A DNA stretch of 64,000 nucleotides from Candidatus Marinacidobacterales bacterium (GCA_965237955.1 OZ250169.1:7808001-7872000), one strand, 5' to 3'; numbered from the stretch's first letter, positions 23,286 through 36,208 are shown. Notes: generated from the sequence alone by a model not told the origin. Program-made: numbers and translations.

Positions 23286-24186
23286 TTACGATTCATCCGC
23301 AATACCTCACCCTGTCGAAGCTGCTCGACGGCCGTCTGTTCCGCATTCCGGAATACCAGCGCTCCTACAGTTGGACATCGAGTGAGAGACAGGATCTCTT
23401 TGGAGACATCGAGAAGGTCCGTACCAAAGGGCAGGATGCGGGCCACTTCATGGCCGCAGTGGTCTGCCTACGGCGGGAGAAACAGACTCTCGGGACCGAC
23501 GAGTTCCACGTCCTCGAAGTCGTAGACGGACAGCAGCGTCTCACGACGCTCATCATCCTGTTGAACGCGATCAAACTGGCACTGAATCGCAAAGACAAGG
23601 CCGAGGCGAAGCTAGCGCGTGAACTATCTGAGCTGCTCGTCAAGGTCGAGGGCGACGAGTTGCTCCTGCTCCAGACCAATCATGACAGCAGCCACTACTT
23701 CGCGACCTTTCTTCGGAAAGGCACGTCTCCAGCATCGGCAACGGCCACGACGCTAGCCGACCGCGAGATTCTTCGGGCGATCGAGGATTGCCAGGCGTTC
23801 ACCGCAAAGTGGACGGATGGCGGCGAATCGCTGTCCTCTCTGGCGGCGCTGCTCAAGAATCGCCTGTTCTTCCTCCTGCACGAGATCGAGGACGAACAGA
23901 CGGTCTACACGGTCTTCGAGGTCTTGAATAGCCGCGGGTTGGACGTGTCGTGGCTGGACCGTCTCAAGAGCATCCTGATGGGGACGGCGTTCGAGCTGAA
24001 GAACGCCAATCTGGAGGGTCTGGTCAAGGACCTGCACACCGTCTGGCGGGATATCTACAGCGTCATCGGGCTAAGTCAGGGCCTGAGTACCGAAGCTCTC
24101 CGGTTTGCGGCCACTCTCAATGTCAAAGAGACGCCTAATCGCCCGCTGGGCGAGCGAGACGCTGTCGCGGAATTGCGAGGAGCCAC
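23282..24186 (+). pseudogene. DUF262 (GmrSD-like) protein truncated by IS3
   Basis: IPEYQRSYSW, VVDGQQRLTT and FEVLNSRG motifs. Confidence 0.88.
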
Positions 24187-25336
24187 GGCGAACTCGACGT
24201 CCTCGAGACCACGCCAGGGCCCGCGTCGACGGATCACCTCGGTCTTGTAGAGGCCGATGATGGATTCAGCCAAAGCGTTATCGTAGGAGTCGCCTCGGCT
24301 GCCGACGGACGGCTCAATGCCCGCCTCGGCGAGCCGCTCGGTGTAACGGATCGAGACGTACTGCACGCCGCGATCGCTGTGATGCACCAATGGATCTTCT
24401 GGGTATAGTCGGCGCTCGTGTAGCGCCTGCTCCAACGCATCGAGAGCGATGTCGGCAGTCAACGATGTCGTCGCTCGCCAACCGACGATGAGTCGAGCGA
24501 AGACGTCGATGACGAAGGCGACATACACGAAGCCGCGCCACGTAGCGATGTAGGTCAGGTCCGAGACCCAGAGCTCGTTCGGGCGTGTGGCGTTGAAGTC
24601 GCGCTCCACGAGGTCCATCGGGCGAGTGCCGCTCGAATCCGGCTTCGTCGTCTTGAATCGACGTCCACGGACCGCGCCCTGGAGACCCATTTCACACATC
24701 AGACGGGCCACCGTGCATCGAGCCACGTCGCGGCCCTCACGGCAAAGCCGACGCCAGACCTTGCGCACGCCATACACGTCAAAGTTCTCCTGCCGTACAC
24801 GACGAATCTCGCCGCGGAGCTGAACGTCGCGCTTCGCTCTCGCTGGCAGGCGGCTTGGGTCCTTCTCTCGCGCTTTCTGCTCGTAATAGGTCGACGGGGC
24901 GATCGGGAGCGTCCGGCAGATCGGCTCGACCCCGTAACTCTCACGGTTCTCGTCGACGAACGACATCACCTCGGTCGGCGGTCGAGCTCCGCCTGGGCGA
25001 AAAACGCCGACGCCTTGCGAAGGATCTCGTTCGCCCGCTTTAGCTCACGGTTCTCTCGTTCGAGCTCCTTCAGCCGCTGACGCTCGTCCGTCGTCAGCCC
25101 CGCGCGCTTCCCAGCATCACGCTCTGCTTGCCGCACCCACGTGCGTAGCGTTTCCCGCGTGCAGTCAATCTTCGACGCGATCGATGAGATCGCTGACTAC
25201 TGAGATTCGTGCTGAGCCTGCTGGTCGAAAACCATCCGCACTGCTCGCTCTTTCAACTCCGGTGAATACCTGCTTCGTCTTGCCATGACTCCATCCTCTC
25301 ACGAGTTGGAGTCTCCGGAAAACCCGGGGCGGTTCA
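24187..25336 (-). mobile_element. IS3-family element, defective copy
   Basis: Nearly identical to 46913-48224; orfA has TGG>TAG; orfB 3' end and right IR are missing. Confidence 0.9.
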
Positions 25337-25812
25337 CTACACGTTGCCCTACGATATTCTCGTGAGCGGCTTACCAGGGCTCGACCGGTATTCCCATCCA
25401 CATCTTCCAACCTTTGCAGGCCGACCTGTCTCCGGGAGCCTACACGGTGCGCCATTTCCCACTCTGCCGCCCCCGCGTCGCAACCAAAGGCCATAGCGGC
25501 GGCGGCGGCGGTTGTAGGCCGGCTCCGCTTGGTAACCCCAATATCGTGGTGGAGACCAACATCGATGTGGCTGGGGAGCCAAGGGGTTTACGCCGGTTCG
25601 ACTTCAGACACAACCTCGACCTCCGAGTGGAAAAGCAGTTTCCGTTCGGGGACGGAATGAAGATCGGGCTCATCCTCGACGTGTTTAATGTAACCAACAC
25701 TAACCGAGTTACGTCCTTTAGGTCACTGAAATTCGACGTACCGCAATTCCTGCAGGTCTCGTCGATCGAAACACCCCGTATCCTGAGAATCGGACTGCGC
25801 TTCCAGTTTTAA
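25337..25812 (+). pseudogene. TonB-dependent receptor C-terminal fragment
   Basis: LDLRVEKQF, DVFNVTN and PRILRIGLRFQF terminal beta-signal; 5' part lost at IS3. Confidence 0.8.
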
Positions 25813-25866
25813 CAAGGGTTGGGAGGTAAAGAAGACGTAAACCTCTAGGTCTCGAAGGACGACACA

Positions 25867-25896
25867 AACCGGGGCGCCACTAGTGGCGCCCCGGTT
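25867..25896. terminator. Bidirectional terminator-like hairpin
   Basis: Perfect palindrome AACCGGGGCGCCACTAGTGGCGCCCCGGTT between convergent genes. Confidence 0.7.
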
Positions 25897-25903
25897 CCTT
25901 TAT

Positions 25904-28870
25904 TCACTGTACTCTCGGTCGCATCGCGGCCCTTACCACCGTTATCTCAACGACGGCCTTCTCCAGGCGCGGAGACTCCGCGGTCAGCTTGATCACGCCC
26001 GGCTTCTTCGCCGCCTGGATGATGACCATGGCCAGGCCGTTGAACGCGCTTCGCTTGTCCGCCTTGTCCGGCTCGTGGCTCGACGGGTTGCCGTTGCCCA
26101 CGCCGATGATCTCCCCGGGGCCCTCCACCGTGAATTGCACCTCGTTCCCGGCGGTCGGTACCAGCCGACCCTGCGCGTCGAGGATCGAGACCCTTACGAG
26201 GGAAACATCTTCTCCGTCCGCGTTAATGCTCGAGCGATCGGGCTCGAGCGTGATGCCGGCCGGCTCCCCCGTCGTCTCGCGCCTGGTCTCGGCGACGACC
26301 TCTCCGTCCTGGAAGCACTTCGCCTTAAGCACTCCCGGCTCCCACTCGACCTTCCACGACAGGCTCGAGTACGGCTGCCTGTCCTGCCGTCCCCTGCTCT
26401 CGCCGTTGAGAAACAGCTCGACGCTCTCGCAGTTGGTGTAGGACCGGACGTCGATTATCCTATCGCTCTCCTCTCTGTCGGCCCAGTTCCAGTGAGGGAA
26501 TAGGTGAAGGACGGTCTCGCCGCTCCAGCTCGACTTGTAGTAGTAATAGTCGTCCTTGGGAAAAGCGCAGGTGTCCATGAAGCCGTATTGTGCGTTGATC
26601 GCTGGCCAGTCATGGGGATACGGCTCGCCGCGATAGTCCATGCCATTCCAGACGAATCCGCCCGCCACGTAATCAGACTCGGCCACCATGCGCCAGGTCC
26701 GCTCGGCCCTGGGGTTGTAGCAGCTGCGATGGCCTTTCTTTGCGTCCTCGTCATAGACCCCGCGCGTCGTCTTAGCATAGGCGGTCTCGAGGGCGACCAT
26801 CGGGCGCTCCGGATTCTCAGCATGGTATTCGCCGTAAGTATCCGGGTTGAAACCCCTGACATCGATGACGTCCATCAAGGTTAAGAGACCTTCTAATAAA
26901 TCAATCTCATCAGGCGAGCGCGCGCCTCCGAGTGGTCCCACGGGCCCGGTGGTGGGTCGGTAGGGGTCCAGCCGCTTGATTACGTCATACACCGCCTGCA
27001 CCCGTTTGCGTGCCTCCTCGACGCGCCGCCCCAACCCCCCGTTGTACATGCTCCAGAGGACGATGCTGGGGTGGTTCCTGTCGCGCCGCACCAAGCTTTC
27101 CACGGTGGCCAGCACCTCCTCCGAATCACCCAGGTGGCGGTTCTCATTCATCACCAGCATCCCCAAGCGGTCGCACGCTTCCAGTACCTCCACGGTCGGC
27201 GGGTTGTGCGCAGCGCGGTAGGCGTTGGCACCCATCTCCTTGAGCTTTTCTATCTTGTAAACGTTGATCCTGTCCGGCAGGGCGACGCCCACTCCTGCGA
27301 AGTCATCGTGGAGGTTGACTCCGTTGATCTTCACGTGTTTACCGTTGAGGAAGAACCCGTTCCCGTCGAAGCGGAAATACCGGACCCCCAGCGGCGTCTC
27401 GTACCGGTCGGTGACGCGCCCGCCGCTCTTAACCGTAGTCTTTACCGCATATAAGTATGGATTCTCCAGCGACCACAGCGTCGGGCCTTGTATCGTCACG
27501 TCCTGGCTGAATTCGTACTCCTGACCCGCTGGGATATTCTGCTCCGCCTCGGACGTCACTACCGAGTTGCCTTCTATGTCGGTAATCGTGCTCGTGAGCG
27601 TGCACTCCATCGACTCCGCGCCGTCGTTGACCACCGTCGTCTTGATGTTGACCTCAGCCAGCTCGTTCGTGACCTCCGGCGTGGTGACGAAGGTCCCCCA
27701 GTGACCGACGTGCAGGGGGTCGAGCTTCGTCAGCCAGACGTGGCGGTAGATGCCTCCGCCCTCGTACCACCAGCCCTCATCCCAGTCCGCGTCGGCACGC
27801 ACCGTCACCACATTCTTCCCGCCGAAGTTCGCCGCGTCGGTGATGTCGTAATAAAAGCCCGTGTAGCCACTCCAGTGGTGACCGAGCCAGTGACCGTTTA
27901 CCCAGACGTCGCTGTTCCTGTAAACGCCGTCGAACTGAAGCCAAATCCGCTTGCCCTTGTCCGCGGCCGGGAGCTCGAAGCGGCGGCGGTACCAGCCGAC
28001 GCCCTTGGGCTTGTAACCATGGTCCCTGTCGTACCAGAGCTGGAAGCCGCCGGGCCTTTTACCATGGGGCTTGTCCGCCCCCTTGGGGTCGAACTCGCCC
28101 CCCACCACGAAGTCGTGGGGAACGCGGACTTCTTCCCAGCCGCTGTCGTCGAAGTCGACGGACGCCGTCTTCACCGACCGCATCTTCTCGTCGTCTTCCC
28201 ACAGGGCCGGCCTGTTATACAGGACCGCACCGTCAATGCCGCCGCGGCCCCCGGTGTTGTGCACCAGCACCGCCAGCTCGTTCGGCCCACCCCTGTTCCA
28301 GGCGGAGCCCAGAGTGACCTCGAACGGATCGTCAGCTCCCTCGTGGTAGAGGAGCCTCTTCCCGTTGACGTAAATGGTCGCGTTGTCGCCCACGGATTGA
28401 AAATAAAGCCGAGACCATCCGGTCGGCGATGCTCCGAGCTCCGCGCGAAACCAGGCAAGACCCTCCCTGCCCTCAAACACATCGCTACCCGGCTCCGTCT
28501 CCTCCCAAGCGGAGATATCGAGCCCGGGCGCCGCCATCTTTTCCGCCTCACCGATCCTCCCGCTGAAGAAGAACGCGCCGCTGCCCTCCTCCGTCTCCTC
28601 CCAACCGGGGATATCGAGCCCGGGCGCCGCCATCTCTTTCTCCTTGCTCATCTTCCAGCGCCACTTCTCTATGGTCTTTCCCCGAGGCAAGGGAGTGAAT
28701 CCCTCTATCCTTCCCCGGTAGAAACGCCAGCCTTCGTCCATGAGAAGTTTCTGTCTTGGGTTCTTGTCCCGGTGATCTCGCGGCGCGCATGCGCTCGCTG
28801 TTAAGAATATGGAAATAAGACCCATGGAGGGAAACAGAATGAAAAAGGCTTTTAAGCTCATTTTTCTCAT
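25904..28870 (-). CDS. Glycoside hydrolase family 2 (beta-galactosidase-like), likely lipoprotein
   Basis: WYRRRF, FDGVY, GGIYRHV, NAYRAAHNP, RDRNHPSIVLWS, GGFVW and GVGNGNP motifs; short internal duplication (MAAPGLDI..WEETE.GS twice). Confidence 0.9.
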   Translation of the reverse strand: MRKMSLKAFFILFPSMGLISIFLTASACAPRDHRDKNPRQKLLMDEGWRFYRGRIEGFTPLPRGKTIEKWRWKMSKEKEMAAPGLDIPGWEETEEGSGAFFFSGRIGEAEKMAAPGLDISAWEETEPGSDVFEGREGLAWFRAELGASPTGWSRLYFQSVGDNATIYVNGKRLLYHEGADDPFEVTLGSAWNRGGPNELAVLVHNTGGRGGIDGAVLYNRPALWEDDEKMRSVKTASVDFDDSGWEEVRVPHDFVVGGEFDPKGADKPHGKRPGGFQLWYDRDHGYKPKGVGWYRRRFELPAADKGKRIWLQFDGVYRNSDVWVNGHWLGHHWSGYTGFYYDITDAANFGGKNVVTVRADADWDEGWWYEGGGIYRHVWLTKLDPLHVGHWGTFVTTPEVTNELAEVNIKTTVVNDGAESMECTLTSTITDIEGNSVVTSEAEQNIPAGQEYEFSQDVTIQGPTLWSLENPYLYAVKTTVKSGGRVTDRYETPLGVRYFRFDGNGFFLNGKHVKINGVNLHDDFAGVGVALPDRINVYKIEKLKEMGANAYRAAHNPPTVEVLEACDRLGMLVMNENRHLGDSEEVLATVESLVRRDRNHPSIVLWSMYNGGLGRRVEEARKRVQAVYDVIKRLDPYRPTTGPVGPLGGARSPDEIDLLEGLLTLMDVIDVRGFNPDTYGEYHAENPERPMVALETAYAKTTRGVYDEDAKKGHRSCYNPRAERTWRMVAESDYVAGGFVWNGMDYRGEPYPHDWPAINAQYGFMDTCAFPKDDYYYYKSSWSGETVLHLFPHWNWADREESDRIIDVRSYTNCESVELFLNGESRGRQDRQPYSSLSWKVEWEPGVLKAKCFQDGEVVAETRRETTGEPAGITLEPDRSSINADGEDVSLVRVSILDAQGRLVPTAGNEVQFTVEGPGEIIGVGNGNPSSHEPDKADKRSAFNGLAMVIIQAAKKPGVIKLTAESPRLEKAVVEITVVRAAMRPRVQ

Positions 28871-29330
28871 TTGGTAACTTCCTTTTGGATTAGCTCATCA
28901 TTATTATTACAGCGGTTGATGTAGGCCTTAAAGATTTTTTCCCTGAGGGGGCGTTTTTCGGAATACCGGAGGAACACTGCTACTGTTTGCAATAATACCC
29001 CACTTCGCTCCATGGCAAGGGATTCAAAAAACTTTTCAAATTAAGGAGACGATGCTATGAGAAAAAAAATGCCGCTGGTTTTTTTGGTCTGCCCGTTCCT
29101 GTTCTTCACATATGGCGCTAAAATCACGCTGGGAGCGCCTGAGCTTGCAGAGCCCAAGGCTCAGGTGATGATAGAAGTTTCTGCCGACCCCGTCCTGTGC
29201 CAAAACTCGGCCCTTTTGAAATAGGCCATAAATCAGCAACTTAGTGTCTGTGTTTGCGACCGGGCCAAGGGCCGTGGGCTTTACAATCGTCTTGGACGGG
29301 CGGGTCGTCACCATGCAGATGACCACCTAG

Positions 29331-29455
29331 TCCCCTGGATCTTTGATTACTATACAAAGTTAGGCTTTTCGCCAGCCCATAAGATTCATAAGATTCATGC
29401 ACTTAGAATGGTTTCGGCAAGCTCTGCTTTATCTAGTTTGTTCTGATACAGGGGA
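29331..29455. mobile_element. 125-bp MITE inserted at CTAG
   Basis: TCCCCTGGATC...GATACAGGGGA flanked by CTAG on both sides; empty site CCACCTAGTCGAGAG is seen near 46720, 61672 and 62150. Confidence 0.85.
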
Positions 29456-29548
29456 CTAGTCGAGAGCGAATATCGAAGCATGTTCCTGAAGCTGTTTCCA
29501 CGCTACGCCGGTCGAGCCCGCCGAGGGGCTACCGTCGCCGGCGACCAT

Positions 29549-30618
29549 TTACGCGGCACGGCAGTAGTAGTTGAGAATGCCCCCAAGTCGCTCTCGCGAC
29601 ACGATGGGGCCAGTGTCATTCGCGCTTGCCGGCAGAGGTGTGAGGAGCTCGTTGCCGAGACCTTGGTGGTTCCGTTCTGTGTGATAGTGCACTACGTATT
29701 CGGTTACCGCTGTGCGCAGGTGTCGCTCGCTGAGAGGTACGAAGCGGTCGAGACACTCTCGACGTATGGAGAGAACGAATCTTTCCGCGTATGCGTTCAG
29801 ATTCGGACTATTGGCGGGAAGGCGCAGGGGCTTCACGCCTGAATCTCTCAACAGCCCACGTACCGCCTCGGTGAATAGCGGGTCCCGGTCGTGGATGAGG
29901 TATCGCTTGCCAAGGAGGAAACCATCCCACATGTCAGTGAGGTTTCTTGCCACCTGCTTCATCCACTCCCCGTTGGGGTCCGACGTTATCCCACCGATGC
30001 ACACGCAGCGAGTGGCGATATCGATGACAAACAGGACATGGTAGCGGACGAGCCCGAACGGGTTCACCACCTCGACGGTGAACAGGTCTGTCGCAGCGAT
30101 GCGCCCCAATGAGCCTTGATGAAGGTGCTCCACGACATGCTCTTGCCCCGCTCCGGCGCAGGCGCGATACCGTGCTCGGCGAGGATCCTCTTGATAGTGT
30201 TGCGTCCGAGTTCATGTCCTAGGTTCTTGAGTGCGCCTCGCAGGCGCGTATATCCCCACGTCGGGTTCTCCCGCGCCACGCGCACAATGAGCTCACGGAT
30301 GTCCTTCGCCGTCGGAGGTCGGCCTGGACTCCGGTTCTTGCTGCCATCGTACTTGGCTGCGATGAGGTGGCGGTACCAGCGCAGAAGCGTAGCGGGTGTG
30401 GCAACGGACGCAATCTGGGCCAGCGCCTCGCGGCCCAAAGCCTGGGCCTTGACCGCGAGCCTGCGCCGGTCGTCGTCCGAGAGACTGAGACGCTTGCCCC
30501 GAAGCCCGGCTCGGAGCACACGGTTCTCCTCTTGCAGGTAGTCGATCACATCCTGCTGCTGGCGGTTGACCCAGCCAGCTAGAACGAGCAGTAGGAATTG
30601 CACGTGGTACGTCATCAT
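29549..30618 (-). pseudogene. Integrase-core (rve/rve_3) transposase with one frameshift near 30105
   Basis: YLQEENRVLR, PGRP, NPTWGY, then ATDLF, IHDRD, NAYAERF and RNHQGL (D, D, E triad). Confidence 0.88.
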
Positions 30619-30973
30619 GGAGCTGAAGATAACACCCTCGGGCCAGACGATTGTAAAGCCTACGGCCCTTGGCCCCGGCGCAAACACAGACACTAAGCTG
30701 CTGATTTATGGCCTATTTCAAAAGGGCCGAGTTTTGGCACAGGACGCCCTCGACTCTGAGAGCGATGACCCCGTCCTGTGCCAAAACTCGGCCCTTTTGA
30801 AATAGACCGCAAGAGCGAACCTTTCGACGTTTACAATGACGTCGGATCACCTCATCCGTTCGCCGCGAAGCCGCTAATCCTGGCAGCTCTAAACTGCGGA
30901 ATCAACGACGGATCGAGTTTTTGCGGAGCACAGGCCATTCGTAACGAAGTCGTCGGCATCTTTGGAACACTCC

Positions 30974-31432
30974 TCACTCAACGTCCTCACCCGTCAGGGC
31001 GTACTCGAACCGGTCGCACTCTTTCGCCAACGTCTCGACATACAACTGCAGCTCTTCGCGATCCAGCGTCGCGGCGGGAACTTCGATTACGCCAATGAGT
31101 GCGTCCTGCTCATCGAAGGAGAACGTGACCAGCTCTTTGGCCGCGTTCCGCCGCCACGCGCGGTACGCGAGGTCCCGCCAAGCCCTATCGGATGTCGTGA
31201 CTAGCTTCGGTGGAAGCACTGATGATCGAAACACGTACCGGTCTTGCGTCCGCGCACATCGCACGACTTGCGTCCGGGAACGTTTCGTCAACTGAACTTG
31301 AATGTTGTGCCCCTCCCGGCGCCACGAAACCAACGCAGACTTAATGAGCTCGTCGATTCGGGGATCAGTCGTTCCATGGCGCCCCGCCTTCAGTGTTCTC
31401 GACGAGCGTTCGTCTGATCGCAGCCGCCGCAT
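30974..31432 (-). CDS. Hypothetical protein, YbjN/T3SS-chaperone-like (start uncertain)
   Basis: Beta-rich core and terminal helix LAKECDRFEYALTGEDVE; overlaps the helicase stop. Confidence 0.5.
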   Translation of the reverse strand: MRRLRSDERSSRTLKAGRHGTTDPRIDELIKSALVSWRREGHNIQVQLTKRSRTQVVRCARTQDRYVFRSSVLPPKLVTTSDRAWRDLAYRAWRRNAAKELVTFSFDEQDALIGVIEVPAATLDREELQLYVETLAKECDRFEYALTGEDVE

Positions 31433-33660
31433 GGACAGTCCGTGCCACCAGCAGCTCCAACTCCTCCCATTGGGTGAGTGCAGGACTGAACGGCAGGTCG
31501 CCCTCCACCGTCACCCGGTCGAGACGACTGTCATCCCGGTGCACACACACTTTCGCGTGCCCAAGTCTTCGCTGCAGCTCGTACAGCTCATCTAACACAG
31601 CTGTATCGTTCCGAAGGTCGAGCCTGCCGACCTCGCTGGTGCAACGGAGCAACGTCGAGTCACCGGACGTCTGGGATCTGAGCTCGAGCAGGAACCTCTT
31701 CTCTCCGCTCCCAGGACTATCCGATGCCTGTGGCATCAGGCGGCCATTCGCGAGCATGGCGAACCCTCGCTTCGTACGTTCACTGGTCGTACGAAGCGGT
31801 CGAACCACATAGTGCGCCACCAACGCTGACCAGAGGACATCGAAATGCCGTATCTGACTCGCGATGTCGGGCTTCTCGACTGCCGCGGACGTGAGCGCAC
31901 CATCCATCCAGCCCTCTCTCACCGGAAACGCCGATTCCAAGCGTCCGGCCGGTGGTTTGATGGCGTCAAGCTCTTCAAGCATCTCGCGAGCCATGTCGAC
32001 TCGACTCTCACTCGGGATAGCATCGCCCTTTCTGTCGTGAATCAGCTCCAAGAACCGATTCAATCGCCGCAACACGCGACGCACCTGAAGCACCTCGACG
32101 GTGTCCTGCAAGTGTGGGTAGTACACCTGCAGCCATTCCGAGGGGAGGGGCGTCGTCTCGCGGCCGTCCAGGTTTCTCTGAATCAGTCCCCCGATGCGGT
32201 CGACCCTACCCGTACGCTGCTCCATGGCGGATGGCGTCCACGTGATGCCGTAGTGCACGACACGGCGGCAGAACGTATGTAAGTCCTCCCCTTCCTGCAG
32301 CACATCGGTCGTGACGAGTACGAGCGGGAACGCGGGCATCCGAAACTGCCGAACGAGACGCCTGTTCACACCACCCGACATGCGCCCAACCGGAACCTGA
32401 CGCTGCAGTGTTGCTCCATACCTCTTGGCGAGCGCCTGCAAGGAGCCACTCGGGATGTCCGGAAAGTTCACCGCGAGCAACAGGTCGAAGGTCTCGGAGG
32501 CCTGCGACAATTCGTAGAAGGCGTGGAAGCCGGGCGCGTGCATCTGCCCTTCCAAGAGATCGACATAGCTTGTTGCCAAGTCGGCACCCGCGGTGTCAGA
32601 CGAGCTCTCCTGACGCAAGTCGAAGGAACCGAGTCTCGCTATGGCCAGCACGTAGAGGTCGATGTAGGACAGACCCAGTCGTGCAAGAGCGCTGATCAAT
32701 TCGCGGCGCTGTTCGCGGTGGCGGAACCGCTGCGTGAAGTCCGTGTTCTCTTGGGTCGGCCAGATTCGACGCCGTAGCCCGCCACGCTTGACCAGCTCGG
32801 TGAAGAACGTGGTGAGCCCGATGGCCTGGTCAGGATCAGGAAATCCTGGCGGGGCCGAATCGTCACCGGGTTCCAGTGGGGGAAAGCGCTCATCCAGAAT
32901 CACTCGTGCCTGTTCGCCGATCTCGCCACTGGCCTCTTGCATGCGTTCCAAGGCGGCGGCCTGATACGCCTGAAAGACGAGAATCCTCGGATATCCGGCT
33001 TCTCGGCTGGTAAGTTGCCTGAAGATAGCGAAGGCTCTGTGGCGGAGTCCCCGCTCGAGCGCAGGCTGATTCAGCGCGAGGTGCGAGCCCAAGGCGCGCA
33101 GGACGTCATCAGGTCGATTAAGCAGCCATCCGACGTAGTCGTCCTCAAAAAGTGTGGAGAACACCGACGCCTGACCGGATAGTCGATTCTTCTGAAACGC
33201 AGCGCCTGAGAGCACGCCACCTGGACCATCGCCACGGAAAAACCACGCGAAGAAGGTCTCCGAGCCTCCGGCATCGCCATCCTCCTCCCCCGACCGAGCA
33301 TCTTGCAGGTCCTCCAGCTCAGGCTCCTTCTCGTCGACCGGAGATCGATGGAGGCGCTCTTCAGGACGAAGGGCGCGTTCACGCTCATACTGATCGAACA
33401 GCTCGTTGAGCTGTGGATGAAGCTGGGAAGGAAGCCCCCCAACGAGACGCTGGCGGATCCACCGATCGAAGTGACCATCCAACTTGGACGCTAGCTCATC
33501 CACGGTCCGGATACGCCGTACGAAGACCAGGGTCTTCTCGCCGCTTTCGAATGCTGATGCGAAGGCGTCGGCCGTGGCGTCCAGCTTGGGATGCGGCAAT
33601 GACCGACCGAACCGACGTCGGTAGGAACTCACGACATCCTCGACCGCCTCCGTGTCGATG
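31365..33660 (-). pseudogene. SF2 helicase, C-terminal portion (5' truncated)
   Basis: HPKLD, KTLVFVRRI, VTTDVLQEGEDLH and MEQRTGRVDR; Walker A/DEAD half missing at a MITE junction. Confidence 0.85.
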
Positions 33661-33663
33661 CCT

Positions 33664-33777
33664 TGCCTTGGTGCATAACTCCGGACAACTCTAAAGGAAT
33701 CAGCAGGTTACGTTTTTGAGCCAAAAATAGCAGAGTCAATGGAATCAATGACTTACCTGTATTTATGCACCAAGGCA
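33664..33777. mobile_element. 114-bp MITE
   Basis: Perfect 15-bp IR TGCCTTGGTGCATAA/TTATGCACCAAGGCA; AT-rich interior with IHF-like sites. Confidence 0.7.
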
Positions 33778-34131
33778 GGTATTTCGCGCCGCAGGGCTGG
33801 CTTCCGACCCCTGGGCTGCGGGTGGCGGGCGACAGGCCCACCGGGGGTGCGCACGGCCGGCTCAAATCGGCTGCGGGGCGAGCTTGCAGGCAACGAACTA
33901 CGCACCCGGAAGGAATACGTATCCGACCGCGATGCCGGATTCAAGCAGCCCTTGGAAAGGTGCAAACTGCTGACCCGCTGGGCGTTCGAGTATTTTGACC
34001 AGACGAGATCTAAACCGCGCAATCGATGCTGGATCGACTTTTTGCGGAGCACAACTCCCACAGGAAACGGGGAGAAACAGATAGGCCGCGCCTACGGAGC
34101 ACCGCGCCAGCCCTCGACCCTACCGGGAACG

Positions 34132-34164
34132 AAAAAAGCCCGGGCCGCCTGAGCGACCCGGGCT
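34132..34164 (-). terminator. Rho-independent terminator of groEL
   Basis: GCCCGGG..CGC/GCG..CCCGGGC stem followed by T6 on the minus strand. Confidence 0.85.
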
Positions 34165-34181
34165 CTCGGAAAGTATGTAGC

Positions 34182-35840
<1,659 letters not shown>

Positions 35841-35856
35841 TTAAAATACCTCCAAG

Positions 35857-36147
35857 CTATTCCACGATGCCGAGTACGTCGTCCTCTTTAAGGATGAGGT
35901 ACTCAGTTCCGTCCAGTTTCACTTCCGAGCCCGAGTACTTGCCGATGAGCACTCTGTCGTCCACCTTCACCTCGAGCGCAACCTTCTTTCCGTCCTTCAA
36001 GGTCCGACCCGATCCGATAGCTATGACTTCGGCCGTCATCGGCTTTTCCTTCGCGGTGTCGGGGATGATGATGGACCCGACGTTCTTCTCGTCCCTCTCC
36101 TCGATCCGCTTTACGACAATGTTGTCCTTTATCGGTTTGATCTTCAT
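35857..36147 (-). CDS. groES: Co-chaperonin GroES
   Basis: IKPIKDNIVVKR, IIIPDTAKEKP and KYSGSEVK. Confidence 0.97.
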   Translation of the reverse strand: MKIKPIKDNIVVKRIEERDEKNVGSIIIPDTAKEKPMTAEVIAIGSGRTLKDGKKVALEVKVDDRVLIGKYSGSEVKLDGTEYLILKEDDVLGIVE

Positions 36148-36208
36148 CTCTCGATTACTCCTCCTTGTTTTTCAGGACCTGTCGGCGGGGTCGAGCTCCC
36201 GACGGCGG

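Larger units (their letters stand above)
29191..30746 (-). mobile_element. Full-length M element: IS-like unit with 102-bp TIRs and an integrase-core DDE transposase
   Basis: IRs 29191-29292 and 30645-30746 (about 4 mismatches) enclose a single transposase gene. Confidence 0.88.

Noticed and set aside
29188-30749. CCC on both sides of the full M element as a true target duplication
   Set aside because: The right flank is IS1-derived while the left flank is not the matching IS1 sequence, so the match is explained by target preference; duplication length remains unproven.
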